Notes under the pieces: model-generated
Told to the model about the DNA's origin: nothing
The model's input: the letters and a program-made list of their open reading frames with translations, nothing else
The model's database searches: none
Translations under genes and position numbers: made by a program
In this document: positions 44,149-54,630 of the stretch, piece after piece
Numbering within the stretch: position 1 is the stretch's first letter
Layout of the letters: the number at the start of each line of letters is the position of its first letter
Origin: a virus
Lineage: Duplodnaviria; Caudoviricetes
DNA length: 63,073 nucleotides
Direction: 5' to 3' (one strand)
IMG/VR virus record: IMGVR_UViG_3300043449_000393
Location: 1 to 63,073 of that record

Positions 44149-45585
44149 TCAGTCTTTAGGGCTAAACCGGTTAATGCCAGCTCCATATGAAGGTGTACGC
44201 AGCAATCCACGAGCATCTATAGTGGCGTATCCCGGATTTACCAAGCCAACAGGCGAGCCCATATAGTCTTCGTCGTTTGCATACAGCGGACCTCTAACGG
44301 GCACAACAGTTTTAGTTGCGGATGCTGCGGCGGCTTTTGCTTTGTCAGCATTAGCTTTTTGCAACCCTGCATCAATGTTAGCGGGGCCACGACCATACAG
44401 CGTATCAGCTTCGATCTTTGCCGATGCAGGAGTCATGCCAGCGTTTACGAAACTCGCCACGGTAACTGCGTAGTCTTTGGGATCAAACTCTTTTGGAGGT
44501 TTGCCCAAAGAAACCTGACCGCCAGCTTTGACGTTCGCCATGTTGAACTGACGAATGAGGCCTTGGCCAACTGGCCCAGCTTGTTCTGTGGGTGTAAGGT
44601 TGTTGTACTTGTCTGCGATATCAGCGGCAGCAATACGCCCGGCGGTGGTGTCTTTGATGACGCCAATCTGTGCATTACGAAGTGCAGCAGCCGACGACGC
44701 GTTAAGGCCTGCCGTAAAATCAGTGTTAGCGTAATGCGCGGCAGTGTTGCTGGCTGTGACACCCTTGGTCTGGGCTTCAAACGCTTGACTGGCCAGCTGA
44801 CGAACCTTGTCGGAGACTTTATCCATCTCACCGCGAGCCCGCATGGGATCGTGCTCCATGGCATTGGTCAGGGCGAACAGCTCACCGGCTTCCTTGGCCG
44901 ACAGCTTGATTGGGTCTTGGCCGGGAGCCATATAGTTCATGTAACCGGCCTGCTTGCCTTTGCCGGGCACCCACGTGCCGAAGCCCTTGATGTTGGTGTC
45001 GTAGCTGGCCTTGTCGATCAACGCTTGCTTGGCCTCGTCATCCATTGCGCTCCAGTCGGCAAGGGATTTCTTGTACGCGTCTTCGTACTTGTAGCCCTTT
45101 GCGGACACCTGAGCGGCACGGAAACCGGCGGTATCACCTTTGAGCAAAGCCATGCGACCAAGAATCTCTTCGGCACCAGCGCCTGTAGGGGCAGCATTGA
45201 ACGTGGGTTGACGGGTGTCAGCCATAGGAGTCCGCAGCCCGCCGGGCGCAGCGGCTTCACGCATACCAAGACCGCCAGCGGGGGCAGCCATCTGAGGCAT
45301 GGCCAGACCTTCTTCTGGTAGCTGAGCAGCCGGTTGAGCGCCCATGCGCAAGCCGACACCCTGACCGGGCGCAGCCAATGCGTAGTTCTCGGCGTTGGGT
45401 CGAGTCAACTGCTGACGCAGCATGTCCTCTTCGTTGCGAAGACCGATCAGCCGTGCGCGATCTTCCTGAGCCTGTGCAAACTCAGTGGCGCGGCGATCTT
45501 CAGCTGCCTGTTCAAGACGGTTACGTTCGGCTTGGTTATAGGCGCTGCCGCCCATCTGAAAGCCTGCTGCAAATGATCCAGCCAT
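44149..45585 (-). CDS. Ejection (DNA transfer) protein
   Basis: AAGGAG SD; SFAAGFQMG N-terminus; Ala/Gly/Gln-rich; position between the small and giant ejection genes. Confidence 0.65.
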   Translation of the reverse strand: MAGSFAAGFQMGGSAYNQAERNRLEQAAEDRRATEFAQAQEDRARLIGLRNEEDMLRQQLTRPNAENYALAAPGQGVGLRMGAQPAAQLPEEGLAMPQMAAPAGGLGMREAAAPGGLRTPMADTRQPTFNAAPTGAGAEEILGRMALLKGDTAGFRAAQVSAKGYKYEDAYKKSLADWSAMDDEAKQALIDKASYDTNIKGFGTWVPGKGKQAGYMNYMAPGQDPIKLSAKEAGELFALTNAMEHDPMRARGEMDKVSDKVRQLASQAFEAQTKGVTASNTAAHYANTDFTAGLNASSAAALRNAQIGVIKDTTAGRIAAADIADKYNNLTPTEQAGPVGQGLIRQFNMANVKAGGQVSLGKPPKEFDPKDYAVTVASFVNAGMTPASAKIEADTLYGRGPANIDAGLQKANADKAKAAAASATKTVVPVRGPLYANDEDYMGSPVGLVNPGYATIDARGLLRTPSYGAGINRFSPKD

Positions 45586-45597
45586 GTTTGTTACTCC

Positions 45598-46344
45598 TTA
45601 ACCGAATTTCTTGAGGCCGTAGGCCGTACCTACACCTGCAGCAGCGCCGAGAATAGTGTTCATGGGGTCTGTCTGAGCAGAGGTGTTGTACACGCTTGTC
45701 TGCGAGTTGAGGATGCCACCCATGGTGTTACCAGCAGAACTGAGCCCTTGCATGTACTGGTTGCCCGGAGCCATTGCAGACCCCAGCCCAGCGGAGCCAG
45801 CGCCAGTAGCACCCTGATATGCAGCGGTCGATGCGCCTGCGAGGCCCCGACCAAGACCTGTGACGTCCATACGGCGAGCAAAGCCGAGCTGTTCCGCCTG
45901 ATTGCGTGCGCCGGTCATGGCATTGGCGCGTTGTGCGGCAAGACCCAAATTACCCTGAGCCTGCAGCGCCATCGCAGCGCCGGAATTAGGATTTACCCCA
46001 CGTGCCGCCATGGCGCGTTGACCCATGTCCTGCTGAACACCAAAAGCGCGACTAACCGCAGCAGCAGCTTGACCCGCCAGCTGTTCGCGGTACCCTTCGG
46101 TGCTGAAATTCTGCGCGTCTCGAACAAGCCCCTGCTCTACCGGGCGAAACGTCTGCTGTTGGTAGTCGAAGTAGTTCTTCGCTTGTTCCATCTGCTGGCG
46201 CTGCGCGTCCATCTGCTGGCCATAGACCTGACGGGCCAGAGGCATCATCTCAGCATACTGTTGTTTGGAAAACGCCAACTGCTCTCTGCCGAGAGCTTCC
46301 ATGCCAGAATAGTCTGGTGGTGGAGGACTAGATTTACCGCCCAT
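45598..46344 (-). CDS. Ejection (DNA transfer) protein, P22 gp7-like position
   Basis: MGGKSSPPPPDY; Q/A/G-rich; hydrophobic Gly-rich C-terminus; follows the GNAT gene. Confidence 0.7.
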   Translation of the reverse strand: MGGKSSPPPPDYSGMEALGREQLAFSKQQYAEMMPLARQVYGQQMDAQRQQMEQAKNYFDYQQQTFRPVEQGLVRDAQNFSTEGYREQLAGQAAAAVSRAFGVQQDMGQRAMAARGVNPNSGAAMALQAQGNLGLAAQRANAMTGARNQAEQLGFARRMDVTGLGRGLAGASTAAYQGATGAGSAGLGSAMAPGNQYMQGLSSAGNTMGGILNSQTSVYNTSAQTDPMNTILGAAAGVGTAYGLKKFG

Positions 46345-46347
46345 GAT

Positions 46348-46764
46348 TTACTCCTTGCGCAGCCACCGACAAGTGTCAGGCCGCATAACCAAAACGTGCA
46401 TGTCGGCACCCGGTGCGCCGTCCTTCATCACAAACTCTTCCTCAAACCCGAGGTGTTTGTCGAATGCCAGTATTTTAGGCTCATTTGACGGAACCATGCC
46501 AGTCAATCTTTTCAGGCCACAGTGGCGGAACGCGTAGTCGCACACCGCTTGGAACAGCGGGACGATCTGTTTGGTCTGCCGAGCGATGGCAATGTGACAT
46601 GTGGCGTTGGCCCCATTGTAGTTGTTGATGACCACTCCGGCCAAGACATCGTCACCACTCATAACGCCAATGGCGTAGAAGCTGCCCCAGTCCGCGTTCT
46701 GGTCGACCTGCTCGGCGACCCATGCACCGATACGTTCTTTCTGGTCGTAGACAAGATGAGGCAT
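46348..46764 (-). CDS. GNAT acetyltransferase-like virion assembly protein
   Basis: YAFRHCGLKRLTG-V-SNE...HLGFEEE; typical position before ejection genes. Confidence 0.75.
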   Translation of the reverse strand: MPHLVYDQKERIGAWVAEQVDQNADWGSFYAIGVMSGDDVLAGVVINNYNGANATCHIAIARQTKQIVPLFQAVCDYAFRHCGLKRLTGMVPSNEPKILAFDKHLGFEEEFVMKDGAPGADMHVLVMRPDTCRWLRKE

Positions 46765-46783
46765 GTGCGGATTATGGCTCGTG

Positions 46784-47845
46784 TTAGCTTGGATACCTAG
46801 CTAGGTCGATTGTATACACACGAGCAAGACCGGATACAGTAGTAATAGGAAAAAACGTATTGTATGGGGAACTTGCCCAGTAGTCTGTAACCCAGCCAGA
46901 GTACATTGTCCCGCTTTGCTTTTTTATACCGCCGTGGTAGTATTTTAAATATATATTACCGCCGGAATTAACTTCGCCGCCGTGAAAACTTTGCATAGGA
47001 CAAAATGACGCAGAGCTAGTTGGTATGGTTCCAGAACTACTAAGAGCTGTGTTAGACAACAACCTGAAAAATATGGTTCCATTATTGCTATATGTAGTGG
47101 GTGCTACAACATAGTTTGCGTAAGAAGCCGCCGATAAAACGCGTTTTGTGGAGTCAAAGTCTATACCCCCACTACTGGAAAATACCTGAATCCCGTTGCC
47201 CGTACCCACGGACGCAACTGGAGCAAAGCAGAGCACCCTTGGGTTTGCGTCACTCGACTTTACAACGCGTATGCGCCAGCTTCCGCTGATCAACCTTACT
47301 CTAGTAATAGAACATGTTTGGCCTTCTATATTTTGTACGAAGGGGATAGGCACAACACTAGACGCAATGCTGTACTCTGCGAAGCTATCAACATAGGCGT
47401 TAGTATTTACACTACTAACTAACGTAGCATCGCCTATATAAGCATAGTTTTTAGTGAAGTCTGTACTAGCCAGTTCAAACTCGTCGTTGGCCACTACAAA
47501 CCCATATGTGCTAGCTGCGGGGGCAGTTTTTACAACTACAAATACTACCATTTCTGCGTAGTTTAGCGATCCGTTGGAGTATGCTTGGTTATAGTCCCAA
47601 GACACAACAGGATATCCAGCCGCATACGATATGGAAAATAAACGCGGCGCGTTACCAAATAAACCGACTGTGTCTGTGTTTATCGTCGCGTGAACATCTA
47701 TCGTGCAGCCAGCCAACTCAGGATAAGCCTTAGAGGACCTTGTAACGCGTGGTATGGTGAACACGTCATACATACTAAATGCTCTAGAGTTAGAGTCAAA
47801 CACTAGGTTACCAGCGCCGTCAAAAGTTTGCAGGCCAAAACTCAT
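46784..47845 (-). CDS. Tail tip-associated / receptor-binding protein
   Basis: Repeated FGLQTFDGAGNLVFDS / GIQVFSSSGGIDFDS motifs; coupled to the J-like gene; AT-richer. Confidence 0.65.
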   Translation of the reverse strand: MSFGLQTFDGAGNLVFDSNSRAFSMYDVFTIPRVTRSSKAYPELAGCTIDVHATINTDTVGLFGNAPRLFSISYAAGYPVVSWDYNQAYSNGSLNYAEMVVFVVVKTAPAASTYGFVVANDEFELASTDFTKNYAYIGDATLVSSVNTNAYVDSFAEYSIASSVVPIPFVQNIEGQTCSITRVRLISGSWRIRVVKSSDANPRVLCFAPVASVGTGNGIQVFSSSGGIDFDSTKRVLSAASYANYVVAPTTYSNNGTIFFRLLSNTALSSSGTIPTSSASFCPMQSFHGGEVNSGGNIYLKYYHGGIKKQSGTMYSGWVTDYWASSPYNTFFPITTVSGLARVYTIDLARYPS

Positions 47846-50800
47846 GCTGACAAGTCTCCAATCTTTACCCTCAAAACACCCGCCGAGTCAAACACCTTGA
47901 TGACGTTATTCTTGATTTCCATACGAGCACCGGAAGCAGCGCTTTTGACGTTTAACCCGCCAGTAAATGTCCCAGTAGCCGCAGATATATCGCCAGCAAA
48001 CGTGGCATTACCCGTCGCCCCATCCAACGCAAAAGTAACTTCCCCCGCAGAGTTGTAAGCCGCAAGACCGTTGGCACTGAACCCCACGCCATAGCCGCTT
48101 GTGCGCACACCGGAAGAGTTCCACTGCAGACTCCCAACAGCCAAACCGCCAGAGCCTGCCAACACGTTGCGTGCGTCGGAGTTGAGCTTGGTGGTCAGGC
48201 CAGTTAACGCAGCAGTGGCATCTGTTTGCGCTGCATCAGCAGCATCCTGAGCCGTAGAAGCCGCAGTGGCTGCGTCGTTCGCCGTAGTTACCAAGGTGCT
48301 TGCATCAGTGCCGTCTACTGTGCCTATGACGTTGCCAGAGAATTCACTTGTGCCAGCGTTCAAGATGACAGCGCCAGCAGCAGTTCGGATCGTCAGCCCG
48401 TTAGAGTTAATTTGAGCCGCAGTCAATTGCCCACGAATGGAAGCAGCAGCAAATTCGGCTGTGCCGTTGCCAGTAATTCTCCAGCCTGCCGAACCCGTGA
48501 CAAACCCAGTGGACTGGATGTAATCATCTACGTTGATAGAACCGGCAGTGAGTTTGCCTACATTAAGGCTTGCAATCTTGGCGTTGTCTACAGCAAGGTC
48601 AGCAATCTGCGCGTTCTGAATCGTAGCGTTCAGGATGTAACCAGCGTCAAAATACACACCAGCAGGGACTGGTTGCCCGTTGATACTGCTTGGCACTGCC
48701 TGCACTGAGAGAGGAACTCGGCTGGCTACCTGCCACGTCACCGTGCCGTCTACGATCAACGTGCCAATGTTGCCAACAGTGATGCTGCCCGTACCTGTCG
48801 AGCCGCCGATCTTGCACACCAGAGTTTTGCTGTCTTGGCCAGCCACACGAGCAATGGCTCCTTGAGCGTACGTGGTGCTTATAGCCCGGACTTGGATGGA
48901 TGTCTGCGGTGTCGTCACCGCGAAGCGGTCTACGTTTGCAATGAATTCGGAGCCGCCTTCGTCAGCATAAACACCATAGCCCGCCACATTGCCATTGACG
49001 TCCAGCTTGACGAAGTACTGGGCCTGCAAGCCATCGTTAAGGGTCTTCTGGGCAGTAGCGCGGGTCTCCAAAGTGGCTGAGTTTGTGCCGTCGCTGACAC
49101 TTACCTGCTTGACCGCCGTGGCTATGGGGATGCCGACGTTCCATGTTCCGCCTGCAGCTTCGCAAGCTGCCTTGTTCGTGTTGTCAGAAGCAAGACCGCC
49201 AATGGTGCAGTAGCCAATCTTGGTATTCTCAACCGTCGTGACACGAGCATCTACAGCCGTCACAGAACCTGTGATAACAGCATCGGGCGAGTACACCCAC
49301 GCAGTGCCGGACCAGAGGTACAGTTTGTTGCTGTCGTTCGTGTCGTACCAGACATCTCCTGAGCGCAGTGGGATGTCGACATCAGGGTCTGGTTCAGCGT
49401 TCACACCACGTTTGGTAGGGGGGTCCGCTTGCCTGAACACCTTGGACTGGATGTCCGCATACGCACGCAAAAACGTAGCGCTTTGGGCGATGGCATTCTC
49501 AGTGTCAGTAGCCGTCAGATAATCTGTAGTCAGTGTGGCAGACAGCGCAGTCACAGACGCTGTGATGGCCCCATCAGGGGAGTACACCCACGCAGTACCA
49601 GACCACTGGTACAACTTGTTCAGGTCGTTGCTGTCCACCCACACGTCGCCTGCCTGTAGGGATATGTCAGTCGCCCCATCTACACCGCGTTTTGTAGGTG
49701 GGTCGTTTTGTCTGAAGGTGCGAGATGCTGTAGTGTTGGTGTATGCCTTGAGCGTTGTAGTGCTGTTAGCGATAGCTGTGTTAACTGTAGCCGTCGTTGA
49801 GTAGTCGTTGATGAGCGTAGCCCGAGTAACTGGCAAGCCCGTCGTGGCGTTGTTGACTTGCGAATTAAGCGTCGTAATCTGTGAAGACAACGCAGTGTCA
49901 GCATTGGCTCGTGTGGTGGTCTCTACCTGAAGGTCTGCACGAATAGCCACATCATTGGCGTTGACGCCTGCATTGAGCGTCAAAATGTCTTGGGCAAGCG
50001 CGTCATCGGCTGTGGCTCTGGCAGTTTGCTCGCGCACGACCAGTGCGAAGTTGTCTTCAATGTCAACGTCAGTAATATCCAGCCATGCCGCGCCGTCCCA
50101 CTGGTACTGCTTGTTCTTGACCTTGGAAAAATCCTGCTCAAAATACGATTCCGAGTAACTGACCTTTGTGTCCACCCAAATGTCGTTGGCCTGCGGTGAC
50201 GATGGTGCTGTAGCCTGACGAAAAATTCTGTTCTTGCCTGCAGCAGTGGCGCTAACTGACGAAATGGAAGAGGCAAGTCCTGTGTCAGCGCTTGCACGCG
50301 CTGTGCGCTCAGAAAAAATCAACCCTGTGGTAACAGAGGCAAGGTCAGTGCCAGTGTAACCCCCGCGCATCTGCGTAGCCAGAGCTTGACGAGCAGTGAC
50401 TTCACCGCCAAGGTCCGTTGTCAGCGTAGCAATGTCTGCTGTATGAGCGGCCACAATGTCGGCCAGCGACGAGTAGTCGCCAATCTTGAGCCAGAAAGTA
50501 GCGTTCGTTGGCAAGTTGCCAGTCGTGGAACTCAGTGCCTTGTACAGTCCGCCGTTGTATTTAACGATGTCGCCCGTAGCGTAAGTTGTTCCCCCGGCGT
50601 AGTCAGGGTACGAAGTGATTGCGTCTACCTGCCCCTGCAAAAAAGCCAGCTGGTTGGGGATGGTTCCCGTTGTTGTGGATGGGCCGTCGATCAAGTTGAT
50701 GCGGTTGTTCAGCGCCGTAGCCAGCTGCGTGGTGGTTATTTGCCCAGCCAAAAGCCCTAGCGTGTATGTAACATCAGAACCTGTCGTAGCGGATGTGCTC

Positions 50801-51255
50801 ACCAGTGCGTTGTAAGGCCCGGGGGTGTCGTTGGTGTTGACGAACCGCACCCAGTAGTACCGAGTGACGCTAGGCCCAACTTCATCCACATAAATGGCTC
50901 CGGGTGTCATGCCCAGAAGAACTGCAGCAGACTGCAAAGTAGTGCTGGAACCCCACACTTCTGCGTGCGCATGGCCGACGTACGCCGGGTTATCCCATGT
51001 GACGATGATGTTGCGGATTGCAGCAGTAGCTGTGACTGTTGTAGGCGGCGGGGGAGTACCTACGAAAACCGCTGGTGGAGGTTTGATGTTTCCGGCACCA
51101 TCCACAGACGCAAGACCTGAACCAACCAAATCATTGGCGGACAGCAAGCGATCGGCACCGGAGCCAGATACGAGCTCGCGCACGCGATCAAGGAACGACC
51201 GCAGGTCGCGGGGAATATCAGACGTTACGAACGGTAGTTTTTTAGACACCGGCAA
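47842..51255 (-). CDS. Long tail fibre / host-specificity protein with lambda J-like C-terminus
   Basis: FN3-like start, CBM5/12-like YATGDIVKYNGGLY, three GD-W-D repeats, DUF1983-like VKLDVNGNVAGYG, terminal LRVKIGDL. Confidence 0.8.
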   Translation of the reverse strand: MPVSKKLPFVTSDIPRDLRSFLDRVRELVSGSGADRLLSANDLVGSGLASVDGAGNIKPPPAVFVGTPPPPTTVTATAAIRNIIVTWDNPAYVGHAHAEVWGSSTTLQSAAVLLGMTPGAIYVDEVGPSVTRYYWVRFVNTNDTPGPYNALVSTSATTGSDVTYTLGLLAGQITTTQLATALNNRINLIDGPSTTTGTIPNQLAFLQGQVDAITSYPDYAGGTTYATGDIVKYNGGLYKALSSTTGNLPTNATFWLKIGDYSSLADIVAAHTADIATLTTDLGGEVTARQALATQMRGGYTGTDLASVTTGLIFSERTARASADTGLASSISSVSATAAGKNRIFRQATAPSSPQANDIWVDTKVSYSESYFEQDFSKVKNKQYQWDGAAWLDITDVDIEDNFALVVREQTARATADDALAQDILTLNAGVNANDVAIRADLQVETTTRANADTALSSQITTLNSQVNNATTGLPVTRATLINDYSTTATVNTAIANSTTTLKAYTNTTASRTFRQNDPPTKRGVDGATDISLQAGDVWVDSNDLNKLYQWSGTAWVYSPDGAITASVTALSATLTTDYLTATDTENAIAQSATFLRAYADIQSKVFRQADPPTKRGVNAEPDPDVDIPLRSGDVWYDTNDSNKLYLWSGTAWVYSPDAVITGSVTAVDARVTTVENTKIGYCTIGGLASDNTNKAACEAAGGTWNVGIPIATAVKQVSVSDGTNSATLETRATAQKTLNDGLQAQYFVKLDVNGNVAGYGVYADEGGSEFIANVDRFAVTTPQTSIQVRAISTTYAQGAIARVAGQDSKTLVCKIGGSTGTGSITVGNIGTLIVDGTVTWQVASRVPLSVQAVPSSINGQPVPAGVYFDAGYILNATIQNAQIADLAVDNAKIASLNVGKLTAGSINVDDYIQSTGFVTGSAGWRITGNGTAEFAAASIRGQLTAAQINSNGLTIRTAAGAVILNAGTSEFSGNVIGTVDGTDASTLVTTANDAATAASTAQDAADAAQTDATAALTGLTTKLNSDARNVLAGSGGLAVGSLQWNSSGVRTSGYGVGFSANGLAAYNSAGEVTFALDGATGNATFAGDISAATGTFTGGLNVKSAASGARMEIKNNVIKVFDSAGVLRVKIGDLSA

Positions 51256-52861
51256 GCTCCTGCATGGATTGCGCTGTAGCTACCGAGAATACCTCAGTAT
51301 TGCCCTCAATGCGGAACTCCCAGTCACGACCAACTATCACAGGCAGTCTGAACGGATTGCGGTTTGCTACGGTCTGTGTGTGGACCAGCGACCCGTTGAC
51401 GTAGTACTTGGCAGTGACAGGGTAGGCCTCAGCCTCCACCTGCGAGCATGAGTAAGACATCTCGTAGGGCATGGTGAATTTCTTGGAGGTCCAGATGTAG
51501 CTGAGCGGTGTGCCTGCCTGCCAGACTTTGATCGTGCGGTCTGCGAATGCCAGAAACAACTTGTCGTTGACAAGGTCCGTGTAACCCGCAGTAGCGTACA
51601 CACTGTGCAAGGTAAACTGACCAGTGAGAAGATCGTAGATGAAGCCGCCTGTCGTCGTCCCGGTGTCGTAGAACGCCACGTACTTGCGGTCGTGCATGTA
51701 GGCATGGATCGACGATGGGTTGAACAGCGCTTGCCACTGGGCGTAGGTGAACGCAGCCTCTGACACGAGCTTAGAGCCCCCAGAATTAAGCATCACGAGG
51801 CCGTCAGGGCTGGCGTACATCACCACACCGTTGGCGCTTACGATACTGCGCTTGGATGCACAGGCTTGGTCCAGATCGGACTTGACCACCACCATGGAGT
51901 CAGGGTGGCTACCCTGCAGGAAATACGGCGTGCCCGTCGTCATCACAGCGAGAGTTGTATCCATGCGCCCAAGGCCAACCACAGGGAAGTCAATGGTCTG
52001 GTTGTACGCCACTGGCCATGCGTGCGGGCGATAGGGGTCACAGAAGTAAATGTCCCGGCCCACGAAGCCAGCCATGATGCCGTTGGGTAGGTTTATGAGT
52101 CCTCGCATCGTAGCAGGAGGCGGGAGCCACGTTAGACTTGGGATTTCTTCGCCGAGGTTTTCGGCCAGCACGGAGTCTGTGTAGCTGGTGGTGGCCGCTG
52201 TGATCTCCGCAACAAACAGGTACGTGCCCGATACCGAGCGGTAAATTCGTCTGTGGGTGGCTGTGTACCCAGAAGGAATCGCGTCGAAGTTGGTCACTGC
52301 AACGGTCTGGCCAACCTTGACATCAATGCTTGCTGAAGCAGGCGCTGGTGCGGACTCGAAGTCGTATCCAGCTTCTTTGTTGATTAGCGTGTATGTGTAC
52401 ACACGTGTTTCAGGCAGGGCTGTAGCATCAGTCGGAGTGCCTCCAAGCGTCAACAACGCAAGCGTCGTGGGAGCTGGGATACCAAGAGGTCGAGATACTG
52501 TGGGGTAGTCCGTACCAGACAATGCGATCGTGGAGTAGGTAGCCTTTGGCAATGTGCCGTCAGTGTAAAAGGTCCACTCAGACGTATCACCGGCGATTTG
52601 GCTGCGGCATGCGTCTACGTCAGTGGTCCAGTGGAACCAGTATTGCGATGTGGAGGTGATGTCTTGGCCAAAGCGGTAGATGGTCAGCGGCGTCCCAGTC
52701 TTTGTCAGTGTAGCCACTGCAGCGCTTACACCTTTGAGCGGCTGCAAAGAGCCGTTAAATACAATGCAGTTGCTGGCATCCTGCGCACTAGTGTCGGGCA
52801 GATAGCGCGGCGGCACCTTGGGCGAGATGCCACCAAAAGACTTGATCGGAATTACGGCCAT
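51242..52861 (-). CDS. Tail nozzle / DNA stabilisation protein
   Basis: FGGISP-V-PRYLP, RPHAWP, YASPDGLV, WTSKKF; beta-rich. Confidence 0.7.
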   Translation of the reverse strand: MAVIPIKSFGGISPKVPPRYLPDTSAQDASNCIVFNGSLQPLKGVSAAVATLTKTGTPLTIYRFGQDITSTSQYWFHWTTDVDACRSQIAGDTSEWTFYTDGTLPKATYSTIALSGTDYPTVSRPLGIPAPTTLALLTLGGTPTDATALPETRVYTYTLINKEAGYDFESAPAPASASIDVKVGQTVAVTNFDAIPSGYTATHRRIYRSVSGTYLFVAEITAATTSYTDSVLAENLGEEIPSLTWLPPPATMRGLINLPNGIMAGFVGRDIYFCDPYRPHAWPVAYNQTIDFPVVGLGRMDTTLAVMTTGTPYFLQGSHPDSMVVVKSDLDQACASKRSIVSANGVVMYASPDGLVMLNSGGSKLVSEAAFTYAQWQALFNPSSIHAYMHDRKYVAFYDTGTTTGGFIYDLLTGQFTLHSVYATAGYTDLVNDKLFLAFADRTIKVWQAGTPLSYIWTSKKFTMPYEMSYSCSQVEAEAYPVTAKYYVNGSLVHTQTVANRNPFRLPVIVGRDWEFRIEGNTEVFSVATAQSMQELAGV

Positions 52862-52874
52862 GATGATTTCCTCA

Positions 52875-53492
52875 CTAGGCCAGATTGTAATTGGGATCAC
52901 CGAACAGGGCCAGAGCTTGGTTGGTGTGCAAAATGCGGTCGTTCAGGCCGATCGTGCCGCCGTTGATCTTCTTGGTCAGGGCAAGGTTGTTACCCGACTC
53001 GGCAACGGCATTCAGCTTCTGCGTGCTCCAGAAATACCCTGCCGTCAGGGCGGCGTACTGGGGCGTGGCCACTAAGTCGGGCTCCATGATGAAGTCGATG
53101 CCCAGCGCCTTGCCTGCGTGGAAGTAATTTGCAGAGCCTGTCAGCTGGATGCAACCTCTGCCCCTGAACCGGAACCCGTCACCCGACGCCTCATCACGGT
53201 TTCCCATGCGGTTGGCGTAGACAAAGTTGGCGATCTTCTTGGGGTTGCGCTCAAACGTCTTGGCGAACTCCAGCGTCGGAAAGCGCTTGGGCCAGAGCTT
53301 CACCAGCGTCTCGGCGCGGTAGTTCAGGTTCTCCTCCAACACGCGAAAGTTGCCGCACTCGTGGCCACACTGCCCGATGAAAGCGGCTTGTTGGCGTGGC
53401 GTCAGGATGCCGAAGCGCTCAAACGTCTCGTTCAGGGGGTCGACCCACTTGGGGTCGATATGCAGTTGTTTGAGTTGGCTAGCGTTGACCAT
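52875..53492 (-). CDS. Endolysin, glycoside hydrolase family 19
   Basis: AAFIGQCGHE, ENLNY, FRGRGCIQLTG, TKKINGG-GL-DR. Confidence 0.92.
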   Translation of the reverse strand: MVNASQLKQLHIDPKWVDPLNETFERFGILTPRQQAAFIGQCGHECGNFRVLEENLNYRAETLVKLWPKRFPTLEFAKTFERNPKKIANFVYANRMGNRDEASGDGFRFRGRGCIQLTGSANYFHAGKALGIDFIMEPDLVATPQYAALTAGYFWSTQKLNAVAESGNNLALTKKINGGTIGLNDRILHTNQALALFGDPNYNLA

Positions 53493-53952
53493 TCACAATG
53501 CTCCTCATTTCGTCATAGGCTGCGATGCAGGCGTTGAGCTGGTTGATGGCCCGGTCTCCGTCGGCTGCGATCTCAGCAATAAGGCGGAGAGTCTCTCGGT
53601 CAGATTCGCTTGCCGCTTCTGGGCTATTTCCGGGGGCAGGGGCGGCACTTGGGCTGGCTTGTACACAACTGGCGGTGGGGAGGCGCACCCGGCCAGCAGC
53701 AATGAGGCGATTGAGATCAGTTTGTTTCTTAGCGACATCGGTGTTGGCCTTTCTCAGCTCTTCGTCTTTGGACGCGACGGCCTTGGCCATCTCCTGCTCT
53801 TTGGTGCGTGCCTCGTCGTTCTTTCGGGCAATCTCCACCTGCATCTGAGCATCACGCTCGTACCAGCCGTTGTGGTGACCGTAGAAGTACGACCCTAGGC
53901 CAATGACGAGCGCACCCGTCGCGGCCCATGGGAGCGGCACGCCAAACATCAC
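53479..53952 (-). CDS. Rz: Inner-membrane spanin (Rz-like)
   Basis: N-terminal TM, coiled coil, GRVRL, GDRAINQLNAC. Confidence 0.8.
   Translation of the reverse strand: MMFGVPLPWAATGALVIGLGSYFYGHHNGWYERDAQMQVEIARKNDEARTKEQEMAKAVASKDEELRKANTDVAKKQTDLNRLIAAGRVRLPTASCVQASPSAAPAPGNSPEAASESDRETLRLIAEIAADGDRAINQLNACIAAYDEMRSIVNGQR
53505..53738 (-). CDS. Rz1: Outer-membrane spanin lipoprotein embedded in Rz
   Basis: Signal peptide with lipobox LLAGC, Pro-rich, alternative frame inside Rz. Confidence 0.8.
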   Translation of the reverse strand: MSLRNKLISIASLLLAGCASPPPVVYKPAQVPPLPPEIAQKRQANLTERLSALLLRSQPTETGPSTSSTPASQPMTK

Positions 53953-54455
53953 GCCTTCACTTCCTGACGGGCAGCGGCCAGAACCTCGCGCTCAGCGTCG
54001 TCTTCCATGTGCTCGGGCGGAGTCGTCGGGGGTGGGCCGGGAGTCCATGACTCGTCCAGCTCTGGGTTCTGGTAACCCATCCAGTTGAAGTTGGGCAGGG
54101 CGGAAGCGACTGGCAGCGGTGCCGGTGGAGTTGGGCCGGATACGGGCGGTGCCTCAGACTTTGGGGGTGGATTACCCGTCACGGCGTTGACAGCCATGCC
54201 CACGCCCTTTTTGCCAACCACGCCACCAATACCACCTACTATCAACAGCACGATGTCGTTGAGCATCTTGGTGTACGCCTGATCAATGGGGGCCATCGAC
54301 TTGATTGGCTGAGTGACAAAGGTCACCGAATACAGCAGTGAGAACACAATGCCCGCGAGGATCAGCGTGATCATGACGACCACAAAAGCCCAAACGTACG
54401 TCTCGATCATCTCAGCGCTTAGCGGCTGGCTCGGATGCTTGTTTTGTTGACTCAA
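53949..54455 (-). CDS. Two-TM holin-like membrane protein with Pro-rich tail
   Basis: GGAG SD before TTG; two hydrophobic segments; lysis cassette position. Confidence 0.6.
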   Translation of the reverse strand: MSQQNKHPSQPLSAEMIETYVWAFVVVMITLILAGIVFSLLYSVTFVTQPIKSMAPIDQAYTKMLNDIVLLIVGGIGGVVGKKGVGMAVNAVTGNPPPKSEAPPVSGPTPPAPLPVASALPNFNWMGYQNPELDESWTPGPPPTTPPEHMEDDAEREVLAAARQEVKA

Positions 54456-54630
54456 TTTGCTTCTCCAAAATAGGGGCAACGAGGTACTCAGGGCACTGCT
54501 GAGTGAACTGGCACTTGGGTTTTTGGCAGGCTTCTTTGTAGAAGTTATCTGGGTTTTGGCAGGGGTACCTGTACCTGTCCTCACAGGCCGTCAGGACCAA
54601 GGCAACGCACAGCGCAATGACATATTTCAT
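54412..54630 (-). CDS. Cys-rich lipoprotein
   Basis: Lipobox LTAC, RYRYPCQNP, four additional Cys. Confidence 0.75.
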   Translation of the reverse strand: MKYVIALCVALVLTACEDRYRYPCQNPDNFYKEACQKPKCQFTQQCPEYLVAPILEKQIESTKQASEPAAKR

